A stretch of DNA of 64,000 bases from Chloroflexota bacterium (lineage in GTDB: Bacteria > Chloroflexota > Dehalococcoidia > Lucifugimonadales > JADFKI01): positions 14,580 to 78,579 of the forward strand of contig VXNZ01000033.1 in assembly GCA_009840355.1 (NCBI GenBank). Reading direction: 5' to 3'. The position numbers and the translations under genes are program-made. A model generated the notes under the pieces. It was not told the origin of the DNA and ran no database searches. It worked only from the letters and a program-made list of their open reading frames with translations. Of this stretch, positions 36,228 to 44,729 are shown piece after piece (positions within the stretch are counted from its first letter, which is position 1; every line of letters starts with the position of its first letter).

Positions 36228-37304
36228 CTAAAGTATGCGGTTGCCGGGCATGTTGGTCCAGGCGCTCATTTCGTGCGCCGAGGTTACGGCTTCGGCGGGG
36301 CATACATAGCTTGAATCAAGCTGGTCGATGGATGTTACGCCGAGCAGCGCCATCGCCACGATGATTTCGTCTTCGAGCAGTTCCAGCATTCGGACGATGC
36401 CTGCCTGCCCGTCGGCGGCGAGTCCCCAGCCCTGCATCTTGCCGAGCGCCACGGCGCGCGCGCCCATCGCGACGGCTTTCAGGATGTCCGCGCCGCGCTG
36501 AACTCCGCCGTCTAGCACGATGTCCGCCTTGCCGTCAACCGCCTCCACGACTTCGGGCAGCATTGTCATCGTGCCTCTGTCATGGTCGAGCTGCCGTCCG
36601 CCGTGGTTCGACACCCACACAACATCGACTTCGTGCTCTACGGCGATTCTGGCGTCCTCGGCGGTCCCAATGCCTTTCAGCATGAATGGCAGACCGGCGA
36701 TGTTCTTTATCTGGTCAACCATGTCCCAAGTAACCGATGCAGCGTGTCGAGGGTCGGGCCTTGTGCGCTGCGTGGGCGGCGTGTAGCGCGTGAGCATCGG
36801 GCGCTCGCGGCGGCTATAGTGCGCAGTATCCACCGTGATGCACAGCCCGATATAGCCCGCGTCCTTGATGCGTCCGACCATCTCTTCGATCCAGCCCCAG
36901 TCGCCGTGCAGATAAAGCTGGTACACCTTAGGATAGTCCACCGCAGCCGCCGTCTCTTCAAGCGTCGGGTTCGTGACGGAGCTTAGTACATGCATAATGC
37001 CGAACTCTGCCGCCGCCCGAGTGGACGCTGCGCCTGCTTCCGGGTGAAACTCTTGCAGAGATCCGATTGGAGCGAGCAGCGCGGGCATGCGCAAATTATG
37101 CCCCAGGAATGTGGTCGAAGTGTCCACCGACGACACATCGCGCAATACGCGCGGACGGAAGGCGATGCGGTCGAACGCCAGCCGATTGCGCCGCATCGTC
37201 GTCTCCGACTCGGACGCGCCAACGAGGTAGTCCCACGCGCCTTGCGGCAGGTTCTTCCTCGCTCGCTGCACTATCTCTTCGTTGCTCAAAAACTGTGATA
37301 CCAC
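36228..37304 (-). CDS. FMN-dependent alpha-hydroxy-acid dehydrogenase/oxidase (LldD/glycolate oxidase family)
   Basis: 358 aa; SNHGGRQLD motif; GTG start with AGGAG 6 nt upstream. Confidence 0.9.
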   Translation of the reverse strand: MVSQFLSNEEIVQRARKNLPQGAWDYLVGASESETTMRRNRLAFDRIAFRPRVLRDVSSVDTSTTFLGHNLRMPALLAPIGSLQEFHPEAGAASTRAAAEFGIMHVLSSVTNPTLEETAAAVDYPKVYQLYLHGDWGWIEEMVGRIKDAGYIGLCITVDTAHYSRRERPMLTRYTPPTQRTRPDPRHAASVTWDMVDQIKNIAGLPFMLKGIGTAEDARIAVEHEVDVVWVSNHGGRQLDHDRGTMTMLPEVVEAVDGKADIVLDGGVQRGADILKAVAMGARAVALGKMQGWGLAADGQAGIVRMLELLEDEIIVAMALLGVTSIDQLDSSYVCPAEAVTSAHEMSAWTNMPGNRIL

Positions 37305-37371
37305 GCTTTTCTCCTAGTGCTGTTTCTGTGATAATCCCGTGTCTCTATTTCATCCTGATGGATGAGACGAT

Positions 37372-37401
37372 TGTTGAATATCTATCTGTTGAATATCTAT
37401 C
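37372..37401. repeat. Perfect tandem duplication of a 15-bp unit (TGTTGAATATCTATC x2)
   Basis: Read directly from the sequence; 68-97 nt upstream of the minus-strand lldD-like start. Confidence 0.8.
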
Positions 37402-37478
37402 TTCGGTTGGGAATTGGCGATTATTCGTGCCCGATCCACACCGCCCACACTTCAAGGCAAAAGGACTATTGGACGGCG

Positions 37479-38774
37479 TTACCGTTCCCAAACGCCTAGG
37501 TCCATTCCCATGTCCACAACGGCGGTTTGCCTGTTTAGTGTAGTCTCTAAGCCGTCGCGGTATTCGCGCCAGGCTAGTTCTTCGTCTTCCACATTGTCGG
37601 CGGACTTGAGGCTGTCCTGCAAGTTTTCCATCAGGTAGTCTTCCGCGCGGCCCGTGGGCATGCTGAAGAACTCCGTATCGAAGCGCGGCAGCTTGCCCAC
37701 CTCGAAATAGCCCTTGTCCGGCAATTCATACCCTTCGAGATTTTCCGTGCCCTTGCCCAGCACATCGCCGGTCTCGATGTAATGTTCCATCACCGGCTTC
37801 ATGCCGTACTTCTGTATTGGGCAGGTCTTCATGCAGACACCACAGCCGGAATAGCGCGTCATCACGGGGCGACAGCGCTTAGCGATGAGCTTCGCCTTTT
37901 CCACGCCGCGATACCACAGCCGCTGACCTTGAATCGCGCGACCGGGGCAGCGCATAAAGCATACTTGGCATATCTCGCAGAACTTCGGCACGCCGTAGTC
38001 AACGGGACGGTCGTGCGTAACGCGCGCGTCCGTGATGATGATTTGCAGCCGCGCGCGTGAGCCGAAGTGCGGCGACAGCAGCTGCCCGTTCACGCCGAGC
38101 TGCCCCAGACCGGCATCGACGAACATCGGTATCATGGGACCGAACTGCCATGTCGGCCCCGACACCTGCGCCCGATAACCAAGCTCATTGATGTGCGCGA
38201 CTAGGTCTTTCACCAGCGTTGCCTGCCGCCGGTATGTCTCGCCCTGCGCCTCTTCCGCTTGAATGCTTGGCAATGTCTGAGTGGCGGAGTGTTCCTGTTC
38301 GAGCGCGAGGCAGATGGCGTTCGGCAAGCCGCGCCGCACATCGTTCAGCCGCGCCTTGTAGATGTAGCGGCGGTCGAATCGCGTGAACCCAACTTCGCTG
38401 TATCCCAGCGCGCGCGCCTTCTCCCTGATGGACTGAGAAACATCCTCACCGCTCGGCTCGGCAGTCGGTTCCAGGTCGCCGCTCGAGCGAACCCACTTGA
38501 TTTCAGACATCATGTCGTCCTGAAACTCTTCGTACAGCTCTTGAGTTTCAGGCGAAACTTCGCGCCGTATGTCGTCCGCCCATTCGACTGATGCGCTTTG
38601 TTCCAGGGCGAAGCTTTCCAGCGGATACTCGCGCGCGTAGAAGGTTATCTCCTGCTCACGCCGCAGCGAGTCCGGCGCTTTCTCCAAGTCCTTCGCCACC
38701 GGAATGACCACATCCTCGTCGCCGTGCTCTCGTCCGGGTCTCGTAACCGCATGCCCAAATCTGCGTCTTGCCAT
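37479..38774 (-). CDS. 4Fe-4S dicluster protein of the reductive-dehalogenase / QueG-like superfamily
   Basis: 431 aa; IREKARALGYSEVGF, CEICQVCFMRCP and CGVCMKTCP motifs. Confidence 0.55.
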   Translation of the reverse strand: MARRRFGHAVTRPGREHGDEDVVIPVAKDLEKAPDSLRREQEITFYAREYPLESFALEQSASVEWADDIRREVSPETQELYEEFQDDMMSEIKWVRSSGDLEPTAEPSGEDVSQSIREKARALGYSEVGFTRFDRRYIYKARLNDVRRGLPNAICLALEQEHSATQTLPSIQAEEAQGETYRRQATLVKDLVAHINELGYRAQVSGPTWQFGPMIPMFVDAGLGQLGVNGQLLSPHFGSRARLQIIITDARVTHDRPVDYGVPKFCEICQVCFMRCPGRAIQGQRLWYRGVEKAKLIAKRCRPVMTRYSGCGVCMKTCPIQKYGMKPVMEHYIETGDVLGKGTENLEGYELPDKGYFEVGKLPRFDTEFFSMPTGRAEDYLMENLQDSLKSADNVEDEELAWREYRDGLETTLNRQTAVVDMGMDLGVWER

Positions 38775-38797
38775 TTTCTATCCTGTCCTTGCCTCTT

Positions 38798-39079
38798 TCA
38801 GCCATTCATACCCGGGTTTCCGGTTAGCAAACTCCATATCCAGGGCCATGCGGTTACCCCAATTAGTGCAACCACCGCCAATACAATCAGCCACAAGACT
38901 ATCCTGCTGCCGCAGCCCCTCGGTCGCCGAGGCCCCTTACCGTAACTGTCGCGCAATTCGGCGGAGGATTGCTGTGTATAGATAACCGGCGGCACCGATG
39001 GCGGCGGGTCAGAAATAAGCGTTGAAGAAATTTCAAGCCCCAGAATGCTGCAGATCGTATCGCATCCTCGCATCGCCAT
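38798..39079 (-). CDS. Hypothetical small protein with C-terminal TM helix
   Basis: 93-aa ORF ending 24 nt before the downstream gene start. TM segment RIVLWLIVLAVVALIGVTAWPWIW. Weak support. Confidence 0.3.
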   Translation of the reverse strand: MAMRGCDTICSILGLEISSTLISDPPPSVPPVIYTQQSSAELRDSYGKGPRRPRGCGSRIVLWLIVLAVVALIGVTAWPWIWSLLTGNPGMNG

Positions 39080-39327
39080 TTTATGTCCTTACCACCGATA
39101 CCGTGCCCGAAAGCCTTCAGCAGAGTGTGGAACGTCAGGCGGTATATTCGGCGGTATTCGTCGCCATCCTACTCTCCCAATAATGATTGCCAGCAATCAT
39201 ATCGCATCCCCGCGCGGTTGTCAGTCTTATGCGATAGCTAATTGCGTCTTGAAGCAATGTATCCGCCAGCATACAATAAGCCTATGGCAAAACTCCGAAA
39301 CCCATTATAACGGGGGCGGCGCTGGCA

Positions 39328-40053
39328 ATGACAATTACCAAAAATCGGGATCCCTTAGGACACCTGAAGACGCAGGAAGACATAGTCGCTTACTTGGAGG
39401 CGGCGCTGGCAGACGGTGACGGCAAGCTCATAGCCGCCGCGCTCGAAGACATCGCGCGCGCCAGGGGGATAACCTTCACTGCCAGCCGTCCGGATTCAGC
39501 GCCGACGCGCCGACGCTTCACCGTAGCGGAATACTACGCCATGGCAAACATCGGCATCCTGCACGAAAACGACCGCATCGAGCTGCTGGACGGAGACCTG
39601 ATAGTTATGCCGCCCATCGGAGACTGGCACGCCGCCAGCGTTGACAGATTTACCAATATGCTGCCTCCCCGATTGCAGGGACGGGCAATCGTGCGCGTCC
39701 AAAACCCGACACGCCTAAACGACAACAGCGAGCCTCAGCCCGACATTATGCTGCTGCGATGGCGCGATGACTTCTACGGCGCAGGACACCCCGGACCGGC
39801 CGATGTGCTGCTACTCATCGATGTCTCCGATACGAGTGTTGACTACGACCGCAACGACAAGCTGTCAGAATACGCTCGCGCAGGCATTCCGGAAGTGTGG
39901 ATTGCCACTAGGCAAGACCGCCGCATCGAAGCCTACACCGAACCCGTCGAGGGCGAATACTCCAATGTGCGCTATGCCGCTCCCGGCGAAAGCATAGCTC
40001 CGCAGGCGTTCCCGGAAGTGGTTCTCGAAGTCGGCAGTCTCATAGCCGACTGA
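39328..40053 (+). CDS. Fusion protein: N-terminal half of a HigA-type addiction-module antidote protein joined to a Uma2-family (DUF820) endonuclease-fold domain
   Basis: N-terminus LGHLKTQEDIVAYLEAALADGDGKLIAAALEDIARARGI. Then RRFTVAEYYAMANIGILHENDRIELLDGDLIVMPPIG...DVLLLIDVSDTSVDYDRNDKLSEYARAGIPEVWI. Confidence 0.75.
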   Translation: MTITKNRDPLGHLKTQEDIVAYLEAALADGDGKLIAAALEDIARARGITFTASRPDSAPTRRRFTVAEYYAMANIGILHENDRIELLDGDLIVMPPIGDWHAASVDRFTNMLPPRLQGRAIVRVQNPTRLNDNSEPQPDIMLLRWRDDFYGAGHPGPADVLLLIDVSDTSVDYDRNDKLSEYARAGIPEVWIATRQDRRIEAYTEPVEGEYSNVRYAAPGESIAPQAFPEVVLEVGSLIAD

Positions 40054-40087
40054 TTGTCATAGCTAAACACAGATGTCAGCTCTCCCC

Positions 40088-40117
40088 TTGACAACCCCAA
40101 ACATTTGTGTCTATAAT
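40088..40117 (+). promoter_or_regulatory. Near-consensus sigma70 promoter upstream of ORF 40174
   Basis: TTGACA (40088-40093), 18-nt spacer, TATAAT (40112-40117). Confidence 0.6.
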
Positions 40118-40173
40118 AGAACATATAATCCAACCAACCACGCCTATCCATCCTGTACATCGGGTTAGCTTAC

Positions 40174-41340
40174 ATGTGCATTCAGACAACCATACAATCC
40201 AAAATCGCCGAACTCACCAACAACGGCGAGAGCATAGCAGTCTTCTTGGCAGACACCCTGCAAGGTCAATCTGACCCTGCCATCAAGGTCTGCCATCGTC
40301 TTGACGCTGCTCGCATTCTCACCAAGTACGGCATCCCCCAACCCGACAACATCACAAAGTTTCCTTCCCCTTCAATGGAGGAAGGTCAGGATGGTGGTGA
40401 AGAAAATCCTACCCATCCTGTAAGTCCTGTTAACTCCGCGCCCACCCTCAGAGACATCATAGCCTACCCCGTAGCCCGCTACATCCGCGACCGCACCGGC
40501 AACGGAGAAATCCTAATTGACACACTCTGCCGCATAATGAACGGAGGCGACCACCAACCCGACCCGTTCACAGGCAGACCGCAGCAGACCGTCAAGCCCA
40601 GAGAGCGCCTGGCAGCCGCCAAAGAACTGCTGCGCCGCGCATTCGCCGAACACAACCCACCGCAGGCTAACCCCGTTCGTCCTGAGCTTGTCGAAGGACA
40701 AAATATCCCGTCCATCGATGTCGGCTCAGACTCTCTGAACTCAGACCTAGCCAAGCTAGTCCGCGATCGCACCAACAACGGCATCGAATCCGCCGAGTTG
40801 CTCATCCGCATCGCAGAAAACGATACTGAAGAAGGCGACTGGCAGCCGGCGCATCGCCTATCCGCAGCGAAAGAACTTCTGCACCGTGCCTACGACCTCA
40901 ACTACGACGCGGTAACATGGGACCACATAGATGCCTACAACCGCACCAAAGACGCCGATCCACGCGAGCCAATCGACATAGAGAGCGCCCGCATAGAGGA
41001 CACGCGAGCGAAGTTAATCCGCGAGTTCAGCGAGGCTTATGACGCAGGCAACGAAGAAGCAATGCGTAATGTGGAGGACAAGTTCAACGCCTATAATGCC
41101 CGTGTCAACGAAGGCGAAGACCCTGACGAAGCGTTGCGGCATGCCGAGCTAGGTCCCAATGACCCCGACCCTGATATAGACTACTACAACACACCGCTGA
41201 GCGAAGAAGAACAGGCAAAGTTCTACCGCGAAGTCGTTCAGATTCAAGACGACAGTGAGTGCGATTCAGACAACCGCAGCATCGCCAACGCCATCCACAT
41301 CCCCAAGCTCACCATCCCCCTCAACAACCGCAGCCCCTAA
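40174..41340 (+). CDS. Hypothetical acidic protein with three tandem ~50-aa units and repeat-derived linkers
   Basis: Each unit has the form ..R(D/E)RTxNGE..L...I..G......RLxAAKELLxRAx. Consensus promoter upstream. No SD seen. Confidence 0.55.
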   Translation: MCIQTTIQSKIAELTNNGESIAVFLADTLQGQSDPAIKVCHRLDAARILTKYGIPQPDNITKFPSPSMEEGQDGGEENPTHPVSPVNSAPTLRDIIAYPVARYIRDRTGNGEILIDTLCRIMNGGDHQPDPFTGRPQQTVKPRERLAAAKELLRRAFAEHNPPQANPVRPELVEGQNIPSIDVGSDSLNSDLAKLVRDRTNNGIESAELLIRIAENDTEEGDWQPAHRLSAAKELLHRAYDLNYDAVTWDHIDAYNRTKDADPREPIDIESARIEDTRAKLIREFSEAYDAGNEEAMRNVEDKFNAYNARVNEGEDPDEALRHAELGPNDPDPDIDYYNTPLSEEEQAKFYREVVQIQDDSECDSDNRSIANAIHIPKLTIPLNNRSP

Positions 41341-41364
41341 TCATCCCCATCTTGTACATCAATG

Positions 41365-43653
41365 TCAGTTCCCGTCCACGCCAAGAATCGCCTGCAGAAT
41401 CAACTCCGCCACGGCTTTGTTCAGCGGCTCGTTGTTGTTGCCGCACTTGGGCGAGTATATGCAGCCGGGGCAGCCGCTCTCGCACGGGCACTCGCTGACG
41501 ACTTGCAGGGTCGCGCTCCACAGGTTTTCGATGATTTCGTAGCCGTGCTCGGTGATGCCCACGCCGCCGGGTATGCCGTCGTGTATGAACACCTGCGGCC
41601 TGCCCGTGTCCGGATGCAGCGGAGTGGATATGCCGCCGATGTCGTTTCGGTCGCACATGGCGAACAGCGGCAGTACGCCTATCGCGGCATGCTCGATGGC
41701 GTGTAGCCCGCCCATCAGATCGAGTCGGTTGCGCCGTATGTATTCGAGCGTGTCAGGCGGCACATCGAACCAGAGCGCGATGGTGTCGTAGCTTTGCGGC
41801 GGCAGGTCAACATACTCTTCGCCAAGCGGCTCTTCCGTGAACTGCGCCACACGCTTAAAGCCCACAACGCTCGTAGTAACGCTTACCTCACCCAAATACG
41901 CCTGCGTCCTGCCCGCCTTTCGCTGCTTGAACTGCCGCAATACGCGCGTGTCCGTGTAGTCACGCGCCTGCGTATAGTACGGCACATCCGTCTGCACGGC
42001 GTACGCGATGCCCGCTTCCATGTCCAAGTTCGTGATGAGATACTGCTCGCCTTGATGCAGGTATATGCCGCCGGGGTGCAGCTGCATGAACGCGGACATT
42101 TCCTCGACAGATTCCAGAATCACGCCGCTGTCCTGTTCCACAAGCGAGTATTGCCGCGCCGATGCCGAGCGGATGTTCACCTCGCCCGCCGGATAGTCCA
42201 TGTCCGCGCTCAGGTACCAGCGCGAGTTTCGCGTGTGCAACAGTTCGGCGTCCACCAGTTCCTCGGCATGCCACAGCAGTTCCGCGCCGAAGTATTCCGT
42301 GTCCGACATGACGAGCGGAGCTTCGTATGCCGCGCAGAGCAGGTGCGGTTTGAGGATGTACGGGTTGCCCGGCGATACGCGCGCGCTCTCGTGCGGCTTG
42401 CCGAAGAATGCCTCCGGATGGCGCATCAGGTATTGGTCGAGCGGGTTGTCGTGCGCCACCAGCACGCTGAGCGAACGATGCCCGCTGCGTCCGCTTCTGC
42501 CCGCCTGCTGCCACGCGCTCGCGATGGTGCCGGGGTATCCGGTCAGCAGCGTCGCGTCCAAGTCGCCGATGTCAATGCCGAGTTCCATCGCAGTCGTGGT
42601 CGTTACGCCAAGCAAGCGTCCCTGCGCCAAATCGCGTTCTATGGCGCGCCTGTCTTCCGGCAGATAGCTCGCGCGGTAGGGCATCACTCGCTTTGCCACT
42701 TCCGGGTTCGACAGCCGCAGGTTATCGCGCACATAGACATACAGCAGCTCGGCGGCGCGGCGGCTGCGCACGAAGTTCATAGTGCGGACATATCGGCGCA
42801 GCAGCTCGGCGAATAATTGCGCGGACTCGGTGTTGGTGCTGCGACGGCTGCCGGTCGCCAAGTCCAGCATCGGAGGATTCCAGAACAGGAAGTCCTTGCC
42901 GCCGTATGGCGAGCCGTCGTCGTCCACCACCTCAAAGGGTAAGCCGGTCAACCGCTCAGCGTGCTCGCCCGCGTTGGCGATGGTCGCGGAACAGAGCACG
43001 AACTGCGGGTTGCTGCCCAGCCGCTGGCATATTCGCCGCAACCGCCGTATGACATTGGCGACATGCGAACCGAACACGCCGCGGTAGATGTGCGCCTCGT
43101 CGATGACGACATATTTCAGGCTGCGGAGGCGCTGGTACCAGAGTTTGTGGTGTGGCAGGATGCCCACATGCAGCATATCCGGGTTGGTGATTAGCAGCCG
43201 CGAGCTGCGCCGTATGCCGCTGCGTTCGTGGCGTGGCGTGTCACCGTCAAAGATGTCGTATCGCAGCCGCGCGGACTTGGGGATGAGGTGCCCGACTGCC
43301 TTGCGCTGGTCTTGCGCGAGCGCCTTTGTCGGGAATAGATACATCGCGCCGGCAGAGCGGTCTTGCAGCAGCGCCTCAAGCACGGGCAGGTTGTAGCACA
43401 GGCTCTTACCGCTTGCCGTCGCCGTGGACACGATGACATTCTTGCCGCTGCGCAGCGCGTTGATGGCGTCCGTTTGGTGCGTGTATAGTTTATTGATGCC
43501 GGCGTCCGCGAGCGCCGATTCAAGGCGTGGATCAAGCGGCCGGTCCAGTACGCCGTAGCTGGCATCGCGCGCAGGCACATCTTCGCTGTACGCGATCTGT
43601 TCCATGTACCACGGCATTTTCTGTATAGCGTCCAAGAACGCTGCGACATCCAT
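41365..43653 (-). CDS. DEAD/DEAH-box helicase with C-terminal DUF1998 zinc module (MrfA/YprA-like)
   Basis: 762 aa; TASGKSLCY Walker A, VIDEAH box, C-terminal CPCESGCPGCIYSPKCGNNNEPLNK. Confidence 0.9.
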   Translation of the reverse strand: MDVAAFLDAIQKMPWYMEQIAYSEDVPARDASYGVLDRPLDPRLESALADAGINKLYTHQTDAINALRSGKNVIVSTATASGKSLCYNLPVLEALLQDRSAGAMYLFPTKALAQDQRKAVGHLIPKSARLRYDIFDGDTPRHERSGIRRSSRLLITNPDMLHVGILPHHKLWYQRLRSLKYVVIDEAHIYRGVFGSHVANVIRRLRRICQRLGSNPQFVLCSATIANAGEHAERLTGLPFEVVDDDGSPYGGKDFLFWNPPMLDLATGSRRSTNTESAQLFAELLRRYVRTMNFVRSRRAAELLYVYVRDNLRLSNPEVAKRVMPYRASYLPEDRRAIERDLAQGRLLGVTTTTAMELGIDIGDLDATLLTGYPGTIASAWQQAGRSGRSGHRSLSVLVAHDNPLDQYLMRHPEAFFGKPHESARVSPGNPYILKPHLLCAAYEAPLVMSDTEYFGAELLWHAEELVDAELLHTRNSRWYLSADMDYPAGEVNIRSASARQYSLVEQDSGVILESVEEMSAFMQLHPGGIYLHQGEQYLITNLDMEAGIAYAVQTDVPYYTQARDYTDTRVLRQFKQRKAGRTQAYLGEVSVTTSVVGFKRVAQFTEEPLGEEYVDLPPQSYDTIALWFDVPPDTLEYIRRNRLDLMGGLHAIEHAAIGVLPLFAMCDRNDIGGISTPLHPDTGRPQVFIHDGIPGGVGITEHGYEIIENLWSATLQVVSECPCESGCPGCIYSPKCGNNNEPLNKAVAELILQAILGVDGN

Positions 43654-43697
43654 CGGGAATAGATTACTCTCTTCTGACTGGGGAAAAGAACATTACG

Positions 43698-43991
43698 CTA
43701 GAAACCGGAAATGGTTTCCTGCTCAACATCCAGTACTACGACATCCTCGCGGCTGCGTTCGATGTAGGCGATTACATTGTCCAGCACTTCGTCCGCGTGG
43801 CGCACGCTACCGCTGACGCAGGCGATGCCAAGCGTCGCCATCTGCCACGAGTCGTTGTCCGCCACCTCCGCGACCGCGACGCCGAACCGATTGCGTATGC
43901 GCTGCGCCATAGACGCGATGACTCTGCGCTTGCCCTTCAGACTCTGATTCGCAGGTATCTGCAACCGCACCTTGCACACGCCGACATTCAT
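43698..43991 (-). CDS. DUF503 (YlxP-like) protein
   Basis: MNVGVCKVRLQIPANQSLKGKRRVIASMAQRIRNRFGVAVAEV. Confidence 0.85.
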   Translation of the reverse strand: MNVGVCKVRLQIPANQSLKGKRRVIASMAQRIRNRFGVAVAEVADNDSWQMATLGIACVSGSVRHADEVLDNVIAYIERSREDVVVLDVEQETISGF

Positions 43992-44043
43992 TTCGCCTGT
44001 CTCCCTGTCCGCCTACACTTGCCCAACAAACTATGACGCCAAA

Positions 44044-44082
44044 GCCGCATTATAACAGCACAGTCCAATGGTATAATGCGGC
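44044..44082. promoter_or_regulatory. Back-to-back divergent extended -10 promoters (mirror-image TGnTATAATGCGGC)
   Basis: Minus strand reads TGTTATAATGCGGC (44057->44044), plus strand reads TGGTATAATGCGGC (44069->44082). They face the DUF503-helicase operon and hpt respectively. Confidence 0.5.
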
Positions 44083-44169
44083 GGTGTTCTGTTGCGGGTA
44101 TGAGCATATTAAGAGTCGTTCCCGGCGCCGTTTTGCCATGCTGGACCGGAGCGACACAGGAGATGCCCT

Positions 44170-44709
44170 ATGAATAGCGCGGGCAATACGCTGATAACCG
44201 AAGAAGCGATACATCTCCGCGTCAACGATCTTGGCGCAGAAATTGCGCGGGATTATGCAGGCGGTCGGCCGGTGCTGGTTGGTGTGCTGAATGGGGCGCT
44301 GGTGTTTATGGCCGATTTGATGCGCGCGATTGATTTGCCGATTGAATACTACGCTGTGGCGGCTTCGAGTTACGTCGGCACGGAGAGCACGGGCAGAGTG
44401 GAGATTATCAAGCCGTTGGATGCGGATGTCAACGGACGTGATGTGATTGTCGTAGAGGACATTGTGGACACGGGGACTACGCTCGACCGCCTGCTGCAGG
44501 ATTTACGCGCCGCGCAGCCCGCAAGCATCGCGGTCTGTACGCTGCTGAATAAGCCGTCGCGCCGCGTGGTCGATGTGTCGATCAAGTATGTCGGCTTTGA
44601 GATTCCCGACGAGTTCGTGGTCGGGTACGGCTTGGACTACAACCAGCAGTATCGCAATCTGCCGTATGTCGCGGCGCTGGCACCCGAACGGGATGGGCAG
44701 GCCGGATAA
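44170..44709 (+). CDS. hpt: Hypoxanthine phosphoribosyltransferase
   Basis: VIVVEDIVDTGTTL PRPP motif; 179 aa. Confidence 0.9.
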   Translation: MNSAGNTLITEEAIHLRVNDLGAEIARDYAGGRPVLVGVLNGALVFMADLMRAIDLPIEYYAVAASSYVGTESTGRVEIIKPLDADVNGRDVIVVEDIVDTGTTLDRLLQDLRAAQPASIAVCTLLNKPSRRVVDVSIKYVGFEIPDEFVVGYGLDYNQQYRNLPYVAALAPERDGQAG

Positions 44710-44729
44710 ATGGAATGGGCGCCGGCGCT

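Noticed and set aside
38798-39079. RdhB-like membrane anchor for the reductive-dehalogenase-like protein
   Set aside because: It has only one predicted TM helix, lies upstream rather than downstream, and shows no sequence resemblance I can assert. Kept only as a low-confidence hypothetical.
41794-42816. 340-aa plus-strand ORF, and other plus ORFs within 41365..43653
   Set aside because: Antisense to the DEAD/DUF1998 helicase.
41365-43653. DISARM-like defence system, because of the DUF1998 module
   Set aside because: Helicase and DUF1998 are fused as in the MrfA/YprA repair helicases. No PLD nuclease, SNF2 or methylase genes are adjacent. The upstream partner is the housekeeping-type DUF503.
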